DNA of 64,000 bases from an uncultured Clostridia bacterium (lineage in GTDB: Bacteria > Bacillota > Clostridia > UBA1381 > UMGS1253). The notes under the pieces were generated by a model, which worked only from the letters and a program-made list of their open reading frames with translations, had not been told where the DNA came from and made no database searches. Made by a program: the position numbers and the translations under genes. Shown here one piece after another: positions 19,367 to 29,510 of the stretch; positions within the stretch are counted from its first letter, which is position 1, and every line of letters begins with the position of its first letter. The stretch lies in assembly GCA_934456295.1 (NCBI GenBank), contig CAKSHB010000001.1, positions 174 through 64,173 of the forward strand. The letters are read 5' to 3'.

Positions 19367-20233
19367 TTATCTTCCGAGCGCGGTTCGTATACCGTCAAAA
19401 ACCTTCAGTGCCACGGAAGGGTTGTTCATTGTGTAAAGATGTATGCCGCGGACGCCGCGCTTGAGCAAATCGTTAATCTGTTCAACGGCATACTGTATTC
19501 CGGCCTCAAACAGGGCATCGGCGTTATCGCTGTATTTGTTTATCATCTTTGTAAATTTCGGCGGAAGGCTTGCGCCGCTCAGAGCCACAGTGCGTTCAAT
19601 CTGGCGCGAATTTACAATCGGCATTATGCCTGCCTGGACGGGAACCGTTACGCCGCGCTTTTGTGCTGTTTCGAGAAAACGCATAAACAAGTCGTTGTCA
19701 AAAAAGAGCTGTGTTATAAGGTGCGTCACACCCTCGCCGATTTTGTATTTCAGATTATCTATGTCGGTTTCAAGCGTTTTGTTTTCATAGTGCCCCTCGG
19801 GATAACATGCGCCGACTATGTTGAAAGTACCGTTTTTTCGTATTTCGCGCACAAGGTCGCTTGCGTGCTCAAAATCATGCACGCACGGGATATTGGGGTT
19901 TTTGTCGCCGCGCAGGGCAAGTATGTTTTGTATATCCGCCTCTTTGAGCTGATTTATGCGCTCTTTTACAAGTTGTTTTGAAGAGGCAACGCATGTCAGA
20001 TGTGCAAGCGGCTCTATGCCGAGGCTGTGCTTTATATGTGAGGAAATTTCAATTGTTGACATATCGGCAGCGCTTGCTCCGGCGCCGTATGTAACGCTTA
20101 TAAAATCGGGCGCAAGCTGCTTCAGCGCGTCAAGTGCGCTGTAGAGAGATTTTATGCCGCCGTCTTTTTTTGGCGGAAATACCTCCAGTGAAAACACACT
20201 TTTTTTGTTTTTAAAAAGTTCGTTTATATACAT
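19367..20233 (-). CDS. metF: Methylenetetrahydrofolate reductase
   Basis: MYINELFKNKKSVFSLEVFPPKK... matches the MetF N-terminus. ATG 20233 is preceded by GAGGTGA. Confidence 0.9.
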   Translation of the reverse strand: MYINELFKNKKSVFSLEVFPPKKDGGIKSLYSALDALKQLAPDFISVTYGAGASAADMSTIEISSHIKHSLGIEPLAHLTCVASSKQLVKERINQLKEADIQNILALRGDKNPNIPCVHDFEHASDLVREIRKNGTFNIVGACYPEGHYENKTLETDIDNLKYKIGEGVTHLITQLFFDNDLFMRFLETAQKRGVTVPVQAGIMPIVNSRQIERTVALSGASLPPKFTKMINKYSDNADALFEAGIQYAVEQINDLLKRGVRGIHLYTMNNPSVALKVFDGIRTALGR

Positions 20234-20450
20234 CGAAACGCTCACCTCATATAAAATTTCGTTATATTCATTATATATGCAGGCATTCGAAAAGTCAAAC
20301 AAAAAGCGTCAAAGTGTGGTAAAAGAAAGATATAAAGCATGAAATGTGAAATTTATATATAATTTAAAGAAAAAATGCAATAAAAAGGCGCGCATTAAAA
20401 ATGAAACATTTTGCTGCACGCCCTTGTAATATTCCTATTTGATTTTCGGA

Positions 20451-21686
20451 TTAGTTGTATCTGTTGTCAATAATACGCTTCGATTTTTTCTCGCTGCGCG
20501 GCAACTCGCCGATATTCACAACATTTGCCTCAATTTTTATACCAATCCGTTTTTTGAACACATCTTCAACGGCTGCTGCTACATTTTCGGCACAGACGCC
20601 GCTTTTTTTCTCAACGGAAAGTTTCATATGGTCTTTGCCGTCAATATGGTTAATTTCAATCATGTATTCACTGCTTACACCGTCGATATCTTTTAAAACA
20701 TCGTCAATCTGACCGGGGAAAATATTTACGCCCTTAACCTTAACCATATCGTCGGTACGGCCTACAATGCGGTCAATTCTCGGATATGGCGAGCCGCACG
20801 GACATTTTCCGGGGATAATGCGCGTTATATCGTGCGTGCGGTAACGGATAAGGGGGGCGCCCTGCTTTCTGAAAGTTGTTATAACAAGTTCGCCTGTTTC
20901 TCCCTCGGGCAGAACCTCGCCGGTCACACTGTCGATAATCTCAAAATACACATAGTCGCTCCAGTAATGCATGCCGCTGTGTTCATGGCAGTCTATCGCA
21001 ATACCCGGACCGTAAATTTCGGTCAGACCGTATATGTCAAAAAGCTCTATGCCGAGTTCCGACGCGATACGTCCGCGCATCAAATCGCCCCAGCGCTCCG
21101 AGCCTATAATGCCCTTCTTCAGCTTGATTTTATAGCTTATGCCGCGTTTTTGAACCTCTTCTGCAATCAAAAGAGCATATGACGACGTTGCGCAAAATAC
21201 TGTGCTTTCCAAATCCACCATCATTTTAAGCTGTTTATCCGTATTTCCGGGACCCATCGGAACAACCATTGCTCCAAGGCGCTCCGCGCCTGCCTGAAAG
21301 CCTATGCCGGCAGTCCACAAGCCGTAGCCGGGGGTGATTTGTATAACGTCCTCGTTTGTTATGCCGGCGGTTTCGTAGCAGCGTGCAAACATCTCCGCCC
21401 AATCGCTGACATCTTGTGCCGTGTAGGGAATAATTACGGGGCTGCCCGTTGTGCCCGAGGAGGAATGTATGCGCACAATGTTCTTTTTGTCGGTTGCGCA
21501 AAGTCCGAGAGGATATGCGTCGCGAAGCTCATCTTTTGTGGTAAAGGGTATTTTTGAAAAATCATCAATTTCCTTTACCGATGAGATATCGAAACCGTCG
21601 CGCTTGTATTTGTTCTGATAAAAAGCGCTTCCCTCGGAAACATACTTCAAAATGTTTTTACAGCTTTCAAAAGTTTTTGTATCCAT
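20451..21686 (-). CDS. paaK: Phenylacetate-CoA ligase family (PaaK / F390-synthetase-like adenylating enzyme)
   Basis: SSSGTTGSPV AMP-binding motif and typical PaaK length. ATG 21686 follows GGAGAG. Confidence 0.85.
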   Translation of the reverse strand: MDTKTFESCKNILKYVSEGSAFYQNKYKRDGFDISSVKEIDDFSKIPFTTKDELRDAYPLGLCATDKKNIVRIHSSSGTTGSPVIIPYTAQDVSDWAEMFARCYETAGITNEDVIQITPGYGLWTAGIGFQAGAERLGAMVVPMGPGNTDKQLKMMVDLESTVFCATSSYALLIAEEVQKRGISYKIKLKKGIIGSERWGDLMRGRIASELGIELFDIYGLTEIYGPGIAIDCHEHSGMHYWSDYVYFEIIDSVTGEVLPEGETGELVITTFRKQGAPLIRYRTHDITRIIPGKCPCGSPYPRIDRIVGRTDDMVKVKGVNIFPGQIDDVLKDIDGVSSEYMIEINHIDGKDHMKLSVEKKSGVCAENVAAAVEDVFKKRIGIKIEANVVNIGELPRSEKKSKRIIDNRYN

Positions 21687-21726
21687 AATAACTCTCCGTT
21701 CCGCAGCAGCAGACACATTCATAAAA

Positions 21727-21751
21727 TAAAAAAACTCCGCAAAATGCAGAG
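21727..21751 (-). terminator. Intrinsic terminator-like hairpin inside the paaK 5' leader
   Basis: On the minus strand: cucugc-auuuu-gcggag followed by a U7 run. It lies about 40 nt upstream of the paaK start and about 120 nt downstream of the predicted promoter. Confidence 0.55.
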
Positions 21752-21876
21752 ATAAATTTTAAAATATAACGGTATATATGTACCGAAAGTGCATGGCCGA
21801 TGTTTGGTGCATATATATTATTTGTGCTCCGCTCTGCTATACTAATCTGAACTCTGCTCTATATTTCTATATTTGT

Positions 21877-21905
21877 ATTATATACGGATTTGCTGCGTTT
21901 GTCAA
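21877..21905 (-). promoter_or_regulatory. Consensus sigma-A promoter for paaK
   Basis: Minus strand: TTGACA (21905-21900), a 17-nt spacer, then TATAAT (21882-21877). Confidence 0.6.
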
Positions 21906-22149
21906 CTGTTTATAAATAATTTTTTGTGATTTGCCTGTTCAATTGTCAATGATGGGTGGCACTTTTCTTAAAAAATAAAAACGCGCACTCTCCATTTTCT
22001 CTTGTCAAGGTGGAGCAGTGGAGGTTTTTGCAGAAAATACTACTGTCAACCTTGGCAAAGCACATATGATATAATAATCGCGCGGCGCAAGCAGTTTTCT
22101 GCTTTGCGCATACTTGCGCTACATCACTCCCAGGTATTTATCAAGTACC

Positions 22150-22359
22150 TCATTGGGAGTAAGAAAACCCAAGCATATCTTTCATAAATTTTTCAATCAA
22201 AGCATCCACTTCATTAAAAGTGTATTCTTTGGAATCGTCAAGCAATACATTCAGAAGGTCAACCCTAAATCTGTAACGCTTGCTTTTAAGAATTTTGGTT
22301 TTGGAAAAAGTAACCTTTTCTTCAACCATTTCAATTTTATTGGTATTTTCTTTAGCCAA
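22150..22359 (-). CDS. Small hypothetical protein (phage-like)
   Basis: TTG start at 22359 preceded by AAGGAAGGTGA. The 69-aa product is LAKENTNKIEMVEEKV...FNEVDALIEKFMKDM. I do not recognise a family. Confidence 0.5.
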   Translation of the reverse strand: MAKENTNKIEMVEEKVTFSKTKILKSKRYRFRVDLLNVLLDDSKEYTFNEVDALIEKFMKDMLGFSYSQ

Positions 22360-22434
22360 ACTAATCACCTTCCTTACTCTGGACAAATACAGTGCAAGTA
22401 TCTTTCCAAAAAAGTTGTAAAGCCTTTTTATGTT

Positions 22435-22653
22435 TTACCATTTCATACACCTATAAGAAACAAAATCCTTTTCACCATACCCAATCAGATAAGAAATAAA
22501 GGAATCCAATCTTTGTTCAGGTGTCAAAGAACCTTCACCCAATGCAAAAGTTACATTGGTATCACCTTCCTGAATTGATTTTACTGCTGCTTCTAAATCA
22601 AACCCCACTAAACTATCAGGATTAACCGCTTTCTTTTCATAACAAAGATGAAT
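22435..22653 (-). pseudogene. Start-less ORF fragment (C-terminal about 72 codons of an unknown phage-like protein)
   Basis: The minus-strand frame is open from 22653 to TAA at 22437-22435 (…EKKAVNPDSLVGFDLEAAVKSIQEGDTNVTFALGEGSLTPEQRLDSFISYLIGYGEKDFVSYRCMKW). It has no start codon or RBS and abuts the truncated integrase head-to-head. Confidence 0.35.
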
Positions 22654-23211
22654 TCAGTTCTGATTCATGCAGCACCAATTCCACCTTCAAGCAAAAAACC
22701 TTTTACGGAAGAAGAAATAAAAGCAGTTTGGGAATTAAGGAATGAACCTGATTTAGACACTGTTTTAATCCTGTTATATTCAGGGTTCAGAATAAGTGAA
22801 CTGCTTTCCTTAGAAACAGAAAAGATAAACCTTGGGGATATTCCATATTTTCAAGGCGGGGTAAAAACAAAAGCTGGTAAGGATAGAATTGTTTCAATCC
22901 ACCCTTTGATTTTGGATTTTGTTAAAGCAAGGGTTCAAGAAGGAAACAAGTATTTGATTTCTGTTAATGGGAAAAAGCTTTCTACAAGCCAATATTATAT
23001 TATTTGGAATCAGTTCATGAAGAAGCTGAACCAGGAACACACACCCCACGAATGCAGACACACCTTCAGAAGTAGACTTGATTCAGCGGGGGCAAATAAG
23101 GTTTGTATTGATTTAATGATGGGGCATAAATCAACAGAAGTTGGGGAAAGGGTTTACACCCATAAAACCATTGAAGAACTTGCAAATGCTTTAGCGCTAG
23201 TAACGGATTAG
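22648..23211 (+). pseudogene. Tyrosine recombinase/integrase, catalytic C-terminal domain only (N-terminal DNA-binding domains missing)
   Basis: 187 aa carrying the catalytic Arg (GFRISEL), HxxR (HECRHTF) and the H...Y tail (GHKSTEVGERVYTH). There is no core-binding/SAM-like domain and no RBS before the ATG. Confidence 0.75.
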
Positions 23212-23222
23212 TAACAGAAAAA

Positions 23223-23260
23223 GCCCCAAACCCTTGATTTATAAGGGTTTGGGGCAATTT
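23223..23260 (+). terminator. Intrinsic terminator after the integrase fragment
   Basis: A 13-bp stem gccccaaaccctt/aagggtttggggc followed by aatttt. Confidence 0.65.
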
Positions 23261-23368
23261 TAGAAATGTTATATCATATTTGGAGTTCATTTTCTTATTT
23301 TTTTGTCACCCATCAATTGTATCACAACAAAATACATTTTTGAATTTTTACAAATTGTGCCGCACCTG

Positions 23369-24202
23369 CTATTCGTGATACAATCCGCGCAGCAGCCGTA
23401 TTTCCGCGGCATATCCGTCGATGTCGTTCGGCGTTTCAAGGTTGAACGGCAAAGATTTAAGCTGCGGATGATTTATAATTTTCTCAAATGCGCCGATACC
23501 GATATGACCTTCGCCGATTTTTGCATGACGGTCCTTGCGGGCGCCGAGGGGGTTAAGGCTGTCATTTATGTGAATTGCCTTCAGGCGTTCTATGCCGATA
23601 ATTTTATCAAAGTTCTCAAGTACGCCGTCGAGATTATTTACAAGGTCATAGCCGCCGTCATTTACATGGCATGTGTCAAAACATATGCCGACTTTATCTC
23701 TCAGATTTACACCGTCAATTATCGCGCGGAGCTGCTCAAATGACGAACCGATTTCGCTGCCTTTGCCCGCCATGGTTTCAAGCAGTACGACAGTGCGCTG
23801 ATTTTCACTGAGTACGGCGTTTAACATGTCGCAAATATAGCTTATGCCGACCTGTACACCTTGTCCGACATGACTTCCCGGGTGAAAATTATATAGTGCG
23901 CCGTCTATATGCTCAAGATTTTTCAAGTCGTCAGCCATCATTGTTTTTGCAAGGTTTCTTATACCCTCGTCGGCGGAGCATGCGTTCATTGTGTACGGAG
24001 CATGTGCCACTATCGGGGCAAAATTGTTTGATTTCATAAGCCCGCAAAGCTTGTCCGCGTCCTCTGCGTCAAATTTCTTTGCGCTTGAACCGCGCGGATT
24101 GCGCGTGAAAAACTGGAAGGTATCGGCGCCGATTGAAAGCGCCTCTTTCCCCATATTATAATAACCTTTTGATGCCGAAAGATGGCAGCCTATATGAAGC
24201 AT
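23369..24202 (-). CDS. nfo: Deoxyribonuclease IV (endonuclease IV)
   Basis: MLHIGCHLSASKGY...ETMAGKGSEIG...FDTCHVNDGGYD...HINDS matches the Nfo TIM-barrel metal-ligand pattern. ATG 24202 follows GGAGG. Confidence 0.9.
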   Translation of the reverse strand: MLHIGCHLSASKGYYNMGKEALSIGADTFQFFTRNPRGSSAKKFDAEDADKLCGLMKSNNFAPIVAHAPYTMNACSADEGIRNLAKTMMADDLKNLEHIDGALYNFHPGSHVGQGVQVGISYICDMLNAVLSENQRTVVLLETMAGKGSEIGSSFEQLRAIIDGVNLRDKVGICFDTCHVNDGGYDLVNNLDGVLENFDKIIGIERLKAIHINDSLNPLGARKDRHAKIGEGHIGIGAFEKIINHPQLKSLPFNLETPNDIDGYAAEIRLLRGLYHE

Positions 24203-24294
24203 GACACAGCCTCCTTCTAATATAAGATTAATAGTGAAAACCACAGCTGCGGCTCAAAATTCTGCCGAAGCCGTCAGTTTTCTATGCAAATACC

Positions 24295-26175
24295 TTACAT
24301 TATTATGTCGCACAAATCGTTTGAAAATGCAACAGGGTCCTCAACGGGCAGTCCCTCTATGAGCAGCGCGCTGTTATACAGTATGCCGGCATATTTTGCA
24401 AGCGCTTCTTTATCATTTTCATACAGCGATTTGAGTTTTTCAAAAATGGGGTGCGACACATTTATCTCAAGCACACGCTCGGCTTTAACTTTTTGGTCAG
24501 TCGGCATAGAGTTTAATACTTTTTCCATCTCAATCGACAAATCGCCTGCGCTTGATATGCATACGGGGTGCGACTTGAGGCGTGTGCTTGCTTTAACATC
24601 GGCAACCTTGCCCTCAAGCGTCTTTTTCAAAAATTCAAACAAATCCTTATTGCTCTGCTCGGTTTCGTTTTCGGTTTTGCTGTCAGCATCATTTTCTATG
24701 CCGAGGTCGCTGCTTGATACGGATTTAAACTCCTTGTCGTTATATTTTGCAAGGATTTTTACTGCAAATTCATCGACATCCTCTGTGAGATACAATATTT
24801 CATAGCCTGCGTCTTTTACAGCCTCGGTCTGGGGCAGACGGTCGATGCTTTCAATATTTTCGCCTGCGGCATAGTAGATATATTTTTGCTCCTCGCCCAT
24901 ACGCGAAACATATTCTTCGAGAGTAACGTTTTTCTTTTCATTTGATGAGTAGAACAACAGTAAATCCTTAAGAAAATCCTTTTCTGCGCCGAAGTTGTCA
25001 TATACTCCGAATTTGAGCGGACGTGAAAATGCTTTGTAAAACTTTTCATAGTTTTCACGGTCATTTTTAAGCATGAGGACAAGCTCGCTTTTGATTTTCT
25101 TTTTTATGTTTGACGCAATCGCCTTAAGCTGCCTGTCGTGCTGCAAAACCTCACGCGATATGTTCAGCGACAAATCGGACGAATCGACAAGCCCTTTTAC
25201 AAATCCAAAATAATCGGGAAGCAGGTCGGCACATTTATCCATTATCAGAACTCCGTTTGAATAGAGCTGCAAGCCCTTCTGAAAGTCCTTTGTGTAGTAA
25301 TCGAAGGGGGCATGCGACGGGATATACATGAGAGCCGTGTAGCTTATTATGCCGTCAGCGCTTGTGTGTATCGTTTTGAGCGGAGCTTCAAAGTCGAAGA
25401 ACTTTTCCCTATAGAAGTTATCATAGTCCTCCTGTTTAAGCTCTGATTTGCTCTTTTTCCAAATCGGAATCATGCTGTTGAGCGTTTCGTCCTCGGTATA
25501 GTCCTCATATTCGTTTTCTGTGCCCTCTTTAAGGCGCGATTTTTTAACAAGCATTTTTATCGGATACTTGATATAGTCGGAATATTTTTTGATGATTGAA
25601 CGGATTTTATACTCGTCCAGAAACTCGTCATAGTTTTCATCGTCCGTGTTCGGCTTTATGCTGAGAGTAATCTGTGTACCCGGCTCATCTTTTGATGCAC
25701 TCGTGATTTCATAGCCGTCAGCGCCGCGTGACTGCCACAGATATGCTTCATCGGAGCCGAACTTTCTGCTCAAAACGCTCACACAGTCTGCAACCATGAA
25801 TGCGGCATAAAAGCCTACGCCGAACTGACCGATTATGTCAACATCATCCTTTAACTCGTTTTCGTTTTTAAATGCAAGAGAACCGCTTTTTGCGATTGTG
25901 CCGAGATTTTCTTCAAGCTCATCTCTGCTCATTCCTATGCCCGTATCGCTTATCGTCAGAAGGCGCTTTTCTTTATCGGCGGAAATCCGTATATAGAATT
26001 TGTCGCGCTCAAAGCTGATAGTGTCATCGGACAGCGACTTATAATAAAGCTTGTCGAGCGCATCGTTTGCATTTGAAACAAGCTCGCGCATAAAGATTTC
26101 TTTGTGCGTATAGATTGAATTAATCATCATGTCAAGCAAGCGCTTTGACTCGGATTTGAACTCTTTTACTGCCAT
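24295..26175 (-). CDS. htpG: Molecular chaperone HtpG (Hsp90)
   Basis: [13 protein letters not shown] and [14 protein letters not shown] motifs, 626 aa. ATG at 26175. Confidence 0.95.
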   Translation of the reverse strand: MAVKEFKSESKRLLDMMINSIYTHKEIFMRELVSNANDALDKLYYKSLSDDTISFERDKFYIRISADKEKRLLTISDTGIGMSRDELEENLGTIAKSGSLAFKNENELKDDVDIIGQFGVGFYAAFMVADCVSVLSRKFGSDEAYLWQSRGADGYEITSASKDEPGTQITLSIKPNTDDENYDEFLDEYKIRSIIKKYSDYIKYPIKMLVKKSRLKEGTENEYEDYTEDETLNSMIPIWKKSKSELKQEDYDNFYREKFFDFEAPLKTIHTSADGIISYTALMYIPSHAPFDYYTKDFQKGLQLYSNGVLIMDKCADLLPDYFGFVKGLVDSSDLSLNISREVLQHDRQLKAIASNIKKKIKSELVLMLKNDRENYEKFYKAFSRPLKFGVYDNFGAEKDFLKDLLLFYSSNEKKNVTLEEYVSRMGEEQKYIYYAAGENIESIDRLPQTEAVKDAGYEILYLTEDVDEFAVKILAKYNDKEFKSVSSSDLGIENDADSKTENETEQSNKDLFEFLKKTLEGKVADVKASTRLKSHPVCISSAGDLSIEMEKVLNSMPTDQKVKAERVLEINVSHPIFEKLKSLYENDKEALAKYAGILYNSALLIEGLPVEDPVAFSNDLCDIIM

Positions 26176-26237
26176 AAAAACCAGTCCTTTCTCAGTGCTG
26201 ATATAAAAACTTTGATTTATACATAAAATAAATAATG

Positions 26238-26264
26238 TTAGCACTCTACAGCCAAGAGTGCTAA
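26238..26264 (-). promoter_or_regulatory. CIRCE element (HrcA operator)
   Basis: TTAGCACTC-tacagccaa-GAGTGCTAA is a perfect match to the CIRCE consensus TTAGCACTC-N9-GAGTGCTAA. It lies immediately downstream of the htpG -10 box. Confidence 0.85.
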
Positions 26265-26268
26265 CATT

Positions 26269-26296
26269 ATTTTAGCATAAATATATAATTTGTCAA
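26269..26296 (-). promoter_or_regulatory. Sigma-A promoter of htpG
   Basis: Minus strand: TTGACA (26296-26291), a 16-nt spacer, then TAAAAT (26274-26269). Confidence 0.6.
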
Positions 26297-26336
26297 GTAT
26301 AGCAAAATTTGTTCAATATTTTTTAATAATTTTAAG

Positions 26337-27392
26337 CTATATCCTGTCAGCAATAAGACGCGCCATTTCGCTGCAGCCGACCGGTTTTTTGCCCTCCTGC
26401 ATTATATCCGCGGTACGGTAACCGTCGTTTAAAACCGCAGATACGGCATTTTCGACCGCACATGCCTCCTCTTCGAGTCCAAATGAAATACGAAGCATCA
26501 TTGCACTGCACAAAATTGTTGCAATCGGATTTGCGGTGTCTGTGCCGGCAATATCGGGCGCTGAGCCGTGAATCGGCTCATAAAGACCGAGTTTTCCGTC
26601 GGAGAGTGATGCTGACGGAAGCATGCCGATTGAACCGACGCATGCGCTTGCAAGGTCGGAAAGTATGTCTCCGAACATGTTTGATGTCAGAATTACATCA
26701 AATGAAGCAGGTCTTACCGCAAGCTGCATTGCCGCATTATCGACATACATATGCGAAAGCTCAATATCGGTGTAATCTTTTGCAAGTTCGCTTACAACGC
26801 TGCGCCACAGTTTTGATGACGCGAGAACATTTGCCTTGTCTACCGACACAACGCGCTTTTTGCGCAGGCGCGCTATATCAAACGCTCTTTTCGCGATACG
26901 CTCAATTTCGTATCTGCTGTAGCGTTCTACGTCAAACGCACTGTCGCCCGAGCTTTCGTGTTCGCCGAAATATATGCCGCCGGTAAGCTCGCGCACAACC
27001 ATTATGTCGGCGCCTTTTATGACGTCGGGTTTAAGCGGCGATGCGTCTGACAGACACTCATGCAGCAGCGCCGGACGCAGATTTGCATAAAGCCCGAGCG
27101 CTTTGCGTATGCCGAGAAGCCCTTTTTCGGGACGCAGTTCCGGTGCAACCGAATCCCATTTCGGACCTCCGACAGCGCCGAGAAGGACACTGTCGCTGCT
27201 GCGGCATATTTCAACCGTTTCATCGGGCAGCGGCACGCCTGTTTCATCAATCGCCGCGCCGCCCATAAGCACATATCTGAAGTTAAACGACCGATTGTAT
27301 TTTTTCGCTGTTTTTTCAAGCACGGCAACGGCGGAGTCTATAATTTCGGGACCTATTCCATCGCCGCGTATTACCGCAATATTAAAATTCAT
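26337..27392 (-). CDS. leuB: 3-isopropylmalate dehydrogenase
   Basis: [22 protein letters not shown] and GSAPDIAG motifs. Confidence 0.93.
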   Translation of the reverse strand: MNFNIAVIRGDGIGPEIIDSAVAVLEKTAKKYNRSFNFRYVLMGGAAIDETGVPLPDETVEICRSSDSVLLGAVGGPKWDSVAPELRPEKGLLGIRKALGLYANLRPALLHECLSDASPLKPDVIKGADIMVVRELTGGIYFGEHESSGDSAFDVERYSRYEIERIAKRAFDIARLRKKRVVSVDKANVLASSKLWRSVVSELAKDYTDIELSHMYVDNAAMQLAVRPASFDVILTSNMFGDILSDLASACVGSIGMLPSASLSDGKLGLYEPIHGSAPDIAGTDTANPIATILCSAMMLRISFGLEEEACAVENAVSAVLNDGYRTADIMQEGKKPVGCSEMARLIADRI

Positions 27393-27425
27393 AAACAGGC
27401 TTCCTTTCCGTTGTGAAAATTTTTC

Positions 27426-27932
27426 TCATGAATTTTTTTCTTTAATGTATTTTGTAAGTCCGCCGCAGCTGATAATTTTTTGCATAAATTCGGGGAAAGG
27501 TACGGCGGTATAAGATTTGTTTTTAGTCAGATTTGTTATTTTTCCGGTGCCGAGGTCCACGCTGACAAGGTCGCCCTCACAGATATCATCTGCCGCCTCT
27601 TCACATTCCAAAATCGGCAGACCGATATTTATGGCGTTGCGGAAAAATATCCGCGCAAAGCTTTTTGCGATAACGCATGAAATGCCAGAAGCTTTTATGG
27701 CAATCGGCGCATGCTCGCGCGAGCTTCCGCAGCCGAAATTTGCACCGCCGACAATTATGTCGCCGGGCTTGATTTTTTTTGCAAAGTTTTTATCGATATC
27801 CTCCATGCAGTGCTGTGCAAGCTCGCTTGGGTCTGATGTGTTCAGATAACGTGCGGGGATTATTACGTCCGTATCGATATTGTCACCGTATTTTACGGCG
27901 CTGCCCTTAAAATTAATATCAGATAAGCTCAT
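27426..27932 (-). CDS. leuD: 3-isopropylmalate dehydratase small subunit
   Basis: [13 protein letters not shown] motif in the 168-aa short-type LeuD. Confidence 0.92.
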   Translation of the reverse strand: MSLSDINFKGSAVKYGDNIDTDVIIPARYLNTSDPSELAQHCMEDIDKNFAKKIKPGDIIVGGANFGCGSSREHAPIAIKASGISCVIAKSFARIFFRNAINIGLPILECEEAADDICEGDLVSVDLGTGKITNLTKNKSYTAVPFPEFMQKIISCGGLTKYIKEKNS

Positions 27933-29206
27933 TATAATTCCTCCTTCATAACGTCGGACGGAGAAGCAATTTCTCCCATGACCGCACTTGCAGCGGCAAC
28001 GGCGGGCGACGCAAGATAAATTTTGCTTGATGTGTGTCCCATACGGCCGATAAAGTTGCGGTTTGTTGTTGAAATGCAGACCTCATCTGCGGCGAGTACG
28101 CCCATATGGCCGCCCAGACACGGACCGCAGGTTGGTGTGCTTACAACACAGCCGGCATCGACAAATATTTTCAGCAAGCCTTCTTCCATTGCCTGAAGGT
28201 ATATCTTCTGTGTGGCGGGAATTACTATTGCACGCACGCCCTTTGCAATATGTCTGCCTTCGAGTATTTTTGCCGCTATGCGCATATCGTCAATTCTGCC
28301 GTTGGTGCATGAACCGATTACCGCCTGGTCGATTTTTATGCCGCAAAGCTCATTTACGGTTTTTGTGTTTGACGGCAGATGCGGTGCGGCAACCGTCGGC
28401 TGTATGTCGTTTAAACGGATTGATATTGTCTTTTTATACACCGCATCGGGATCGGCGGTATATATTTTATACGGTTTCTGAGAATGTTCCTTTATATATG
28501 AAAGAGTTGTTTCGTCAACCTCAAAAATTCCGTTTTTTGCACCTGCCTCAATCGCCATGTTTGCAATCGTGAAACGTTCGTCCATGGAAAGTGTGCTCAC
28601 ACCGTCGCCGCAGAACTCAAGCGAGCTGTAGCGTGCGCCGTCAACACCGAGTATGCCGATAAGGTGGAGAATAATATCTTTGCCGCTTACCCATGGCGCC
28701 GTCCGTCCGTGCAGCTCGACTTTTATTGCGTCGGGAATCTTGAACCAACATTCGCCCGACGCCATGCCGACAGCCATGTCTGTTGAGCCTACGCCGGTCG
28801 AAAATGCGCCGAGAGCGCCGTATGTGCATGTGTGGGAATCTGCGCCGATTACAACATCGCCGCACACAACAAGACCGCGTTCGGGGAGGAGCGCATGCTC
28901 AATTCCCATGCAGCCCACGTCAAAAAAGTTTTCTATACCGAAATCCCCCGCAAAAGTACGCACGGTTTTGCACTGCTCGGCGGATTTTATGTCCTTGTTC
29001 GGAGTGAAATGATCCATCACAAGTGCAATTTTGGATTTGTCGTATACATCAGGACAGCCTATTTTTTTAAATTCACCGATTGCAACGGGCGAGGTTATAT
29101 CATTGCCGAGCGCCAGGTCAAGCTTTGCGTTTATGAGCTGACCGGCGCTGACGCAATCAAGACCTGCCGCCGATGCAAGGATTTTCTGCGTCATTGTCAT
29201 TGCCAT
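27932..29206 (-). CDS. leuC: 3-isopropylmalate dehydratase large subunit
   Basis: Aconitase-family Fe-S ligand regions (GSCTNGR, CGPCLG). ATG 29206 lies 8 nt after AGGTGG. The stop overlaps the leuD start. Confidence 0.92.
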   Translation of the reverse strand: MAMTMTQKILASAAGLDCVSAGQLINAKLDLALGNDITSPVAIGEFKKIGCPDVYDKSKIALVMDHFTPNKDIKSAEQCKTVRTFAGDFGIENFFDVGCMGIEHALLPERGLVVCGDVVIGADSHTCTYGALGAFSTGVGSTDMAVGMASGECWFKIPDAIKVELHGRTAPWVSGKDIILHLIGILGVDGARYSSLEFCGDGVSTLSMDERFTIANMAIEAGAKNGIFEVDETTLSYIKEHSQKPYKIYTADPDAVYKKTISIRLNDIQPTVAAPHLPSNTKTVNELCGIKIDQAVIGSCTNGRIDDMRIAAKILEGRHIAKGVRAIVIPATQKIYLQAMEEGLLKIFVDAGCVVSTPTCGPCLGGHMGVLAADEVCISTTNRNFIGRMGHTSSKIYLASPAVAAASAVMGEIASPSDVMKEEL

Positions 29207-29433
29207 TTTCATAACCACCTTGTAAATTAAATTATAACAATATTATTGTGTATTTTTATTTTAGCACACATATTTACATTTGTCTTGCTTTTTTGCATAT
29301 CAAAACAGAAAACGTTAATAAATAATATAAGACAGTAAAAATTGTTTAAAAAATTTTTTGAAAGGCGTATATTTTATTTTGCGTCGGGTCATAATGATAG
29401 TGACCTCACAAAATACATTTTTTATCAGACAAA

Positions 29434-29510
29434 AAGGGATTACCCCCTTTAATCCCTTATGTCCCCCCCTTAACGAAAGAACCGCCGCACCCCCCAATCG
29501 ACGGTTTTTT
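29434..29510 (+). ncRNA. Candidate small RNA 3' portion with three C-rich unpaired tracts and its own terminator
   Basis: Hairpin aagggatta/taatccctt with loop CCCCCUU (29434-29458), a single-stranded C7 run (29463-29469), and a terminator-like stem (29479-29507) with a C6 loop followed by T6. No + strand gene lies upstream. The 5' end is not defined. Confidence 0.4.

Larger units (their letters stand above)
22130..23290. mobile_element. Degraded prophage/integrative-element remnant
   Basis: An AT-rich patch. My hand count of one 60-nt line is about 37% GC, against about 55% in a paaK line. It contains an N-terminally truncated integrase, one small phage-like ORF and a start-less ORF fragment. 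I found no flanking direct repeats. Confidence 0.6.

Noticed and set aside
20234-20450. I looked for an S-box (SAM-I) riboswitch upstream of metF.
   Set aside because: I saw none of the conserved SAM-I core strings. The only clear structure is the probable paaK terminator (an imperfect GC stem plus a T-run on the minus strand, near 20385-20425).
22114-22578. A 154-aa + strand ORF inside the AT-rich island.
   Set aside because: It is antisense to the RBS-bearing small ORF and to the open minus-strand fragment. The translation is Phe/Ile/Lys/Asn-rich with no recognisable motif and no RBS.
22063-23277. An 11-bp inverted match (atatgatataa near 22063, ttatatcatat near 23267) that could mark the ends or att sites of the prophage remnant.
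   Set aside because: The match is short and AT-only in AT-rich DNA, and integrase att sites are direct repeats, not inverted ones. Chance occurrence is likely. I found no convincing direct repeats flanking the island.
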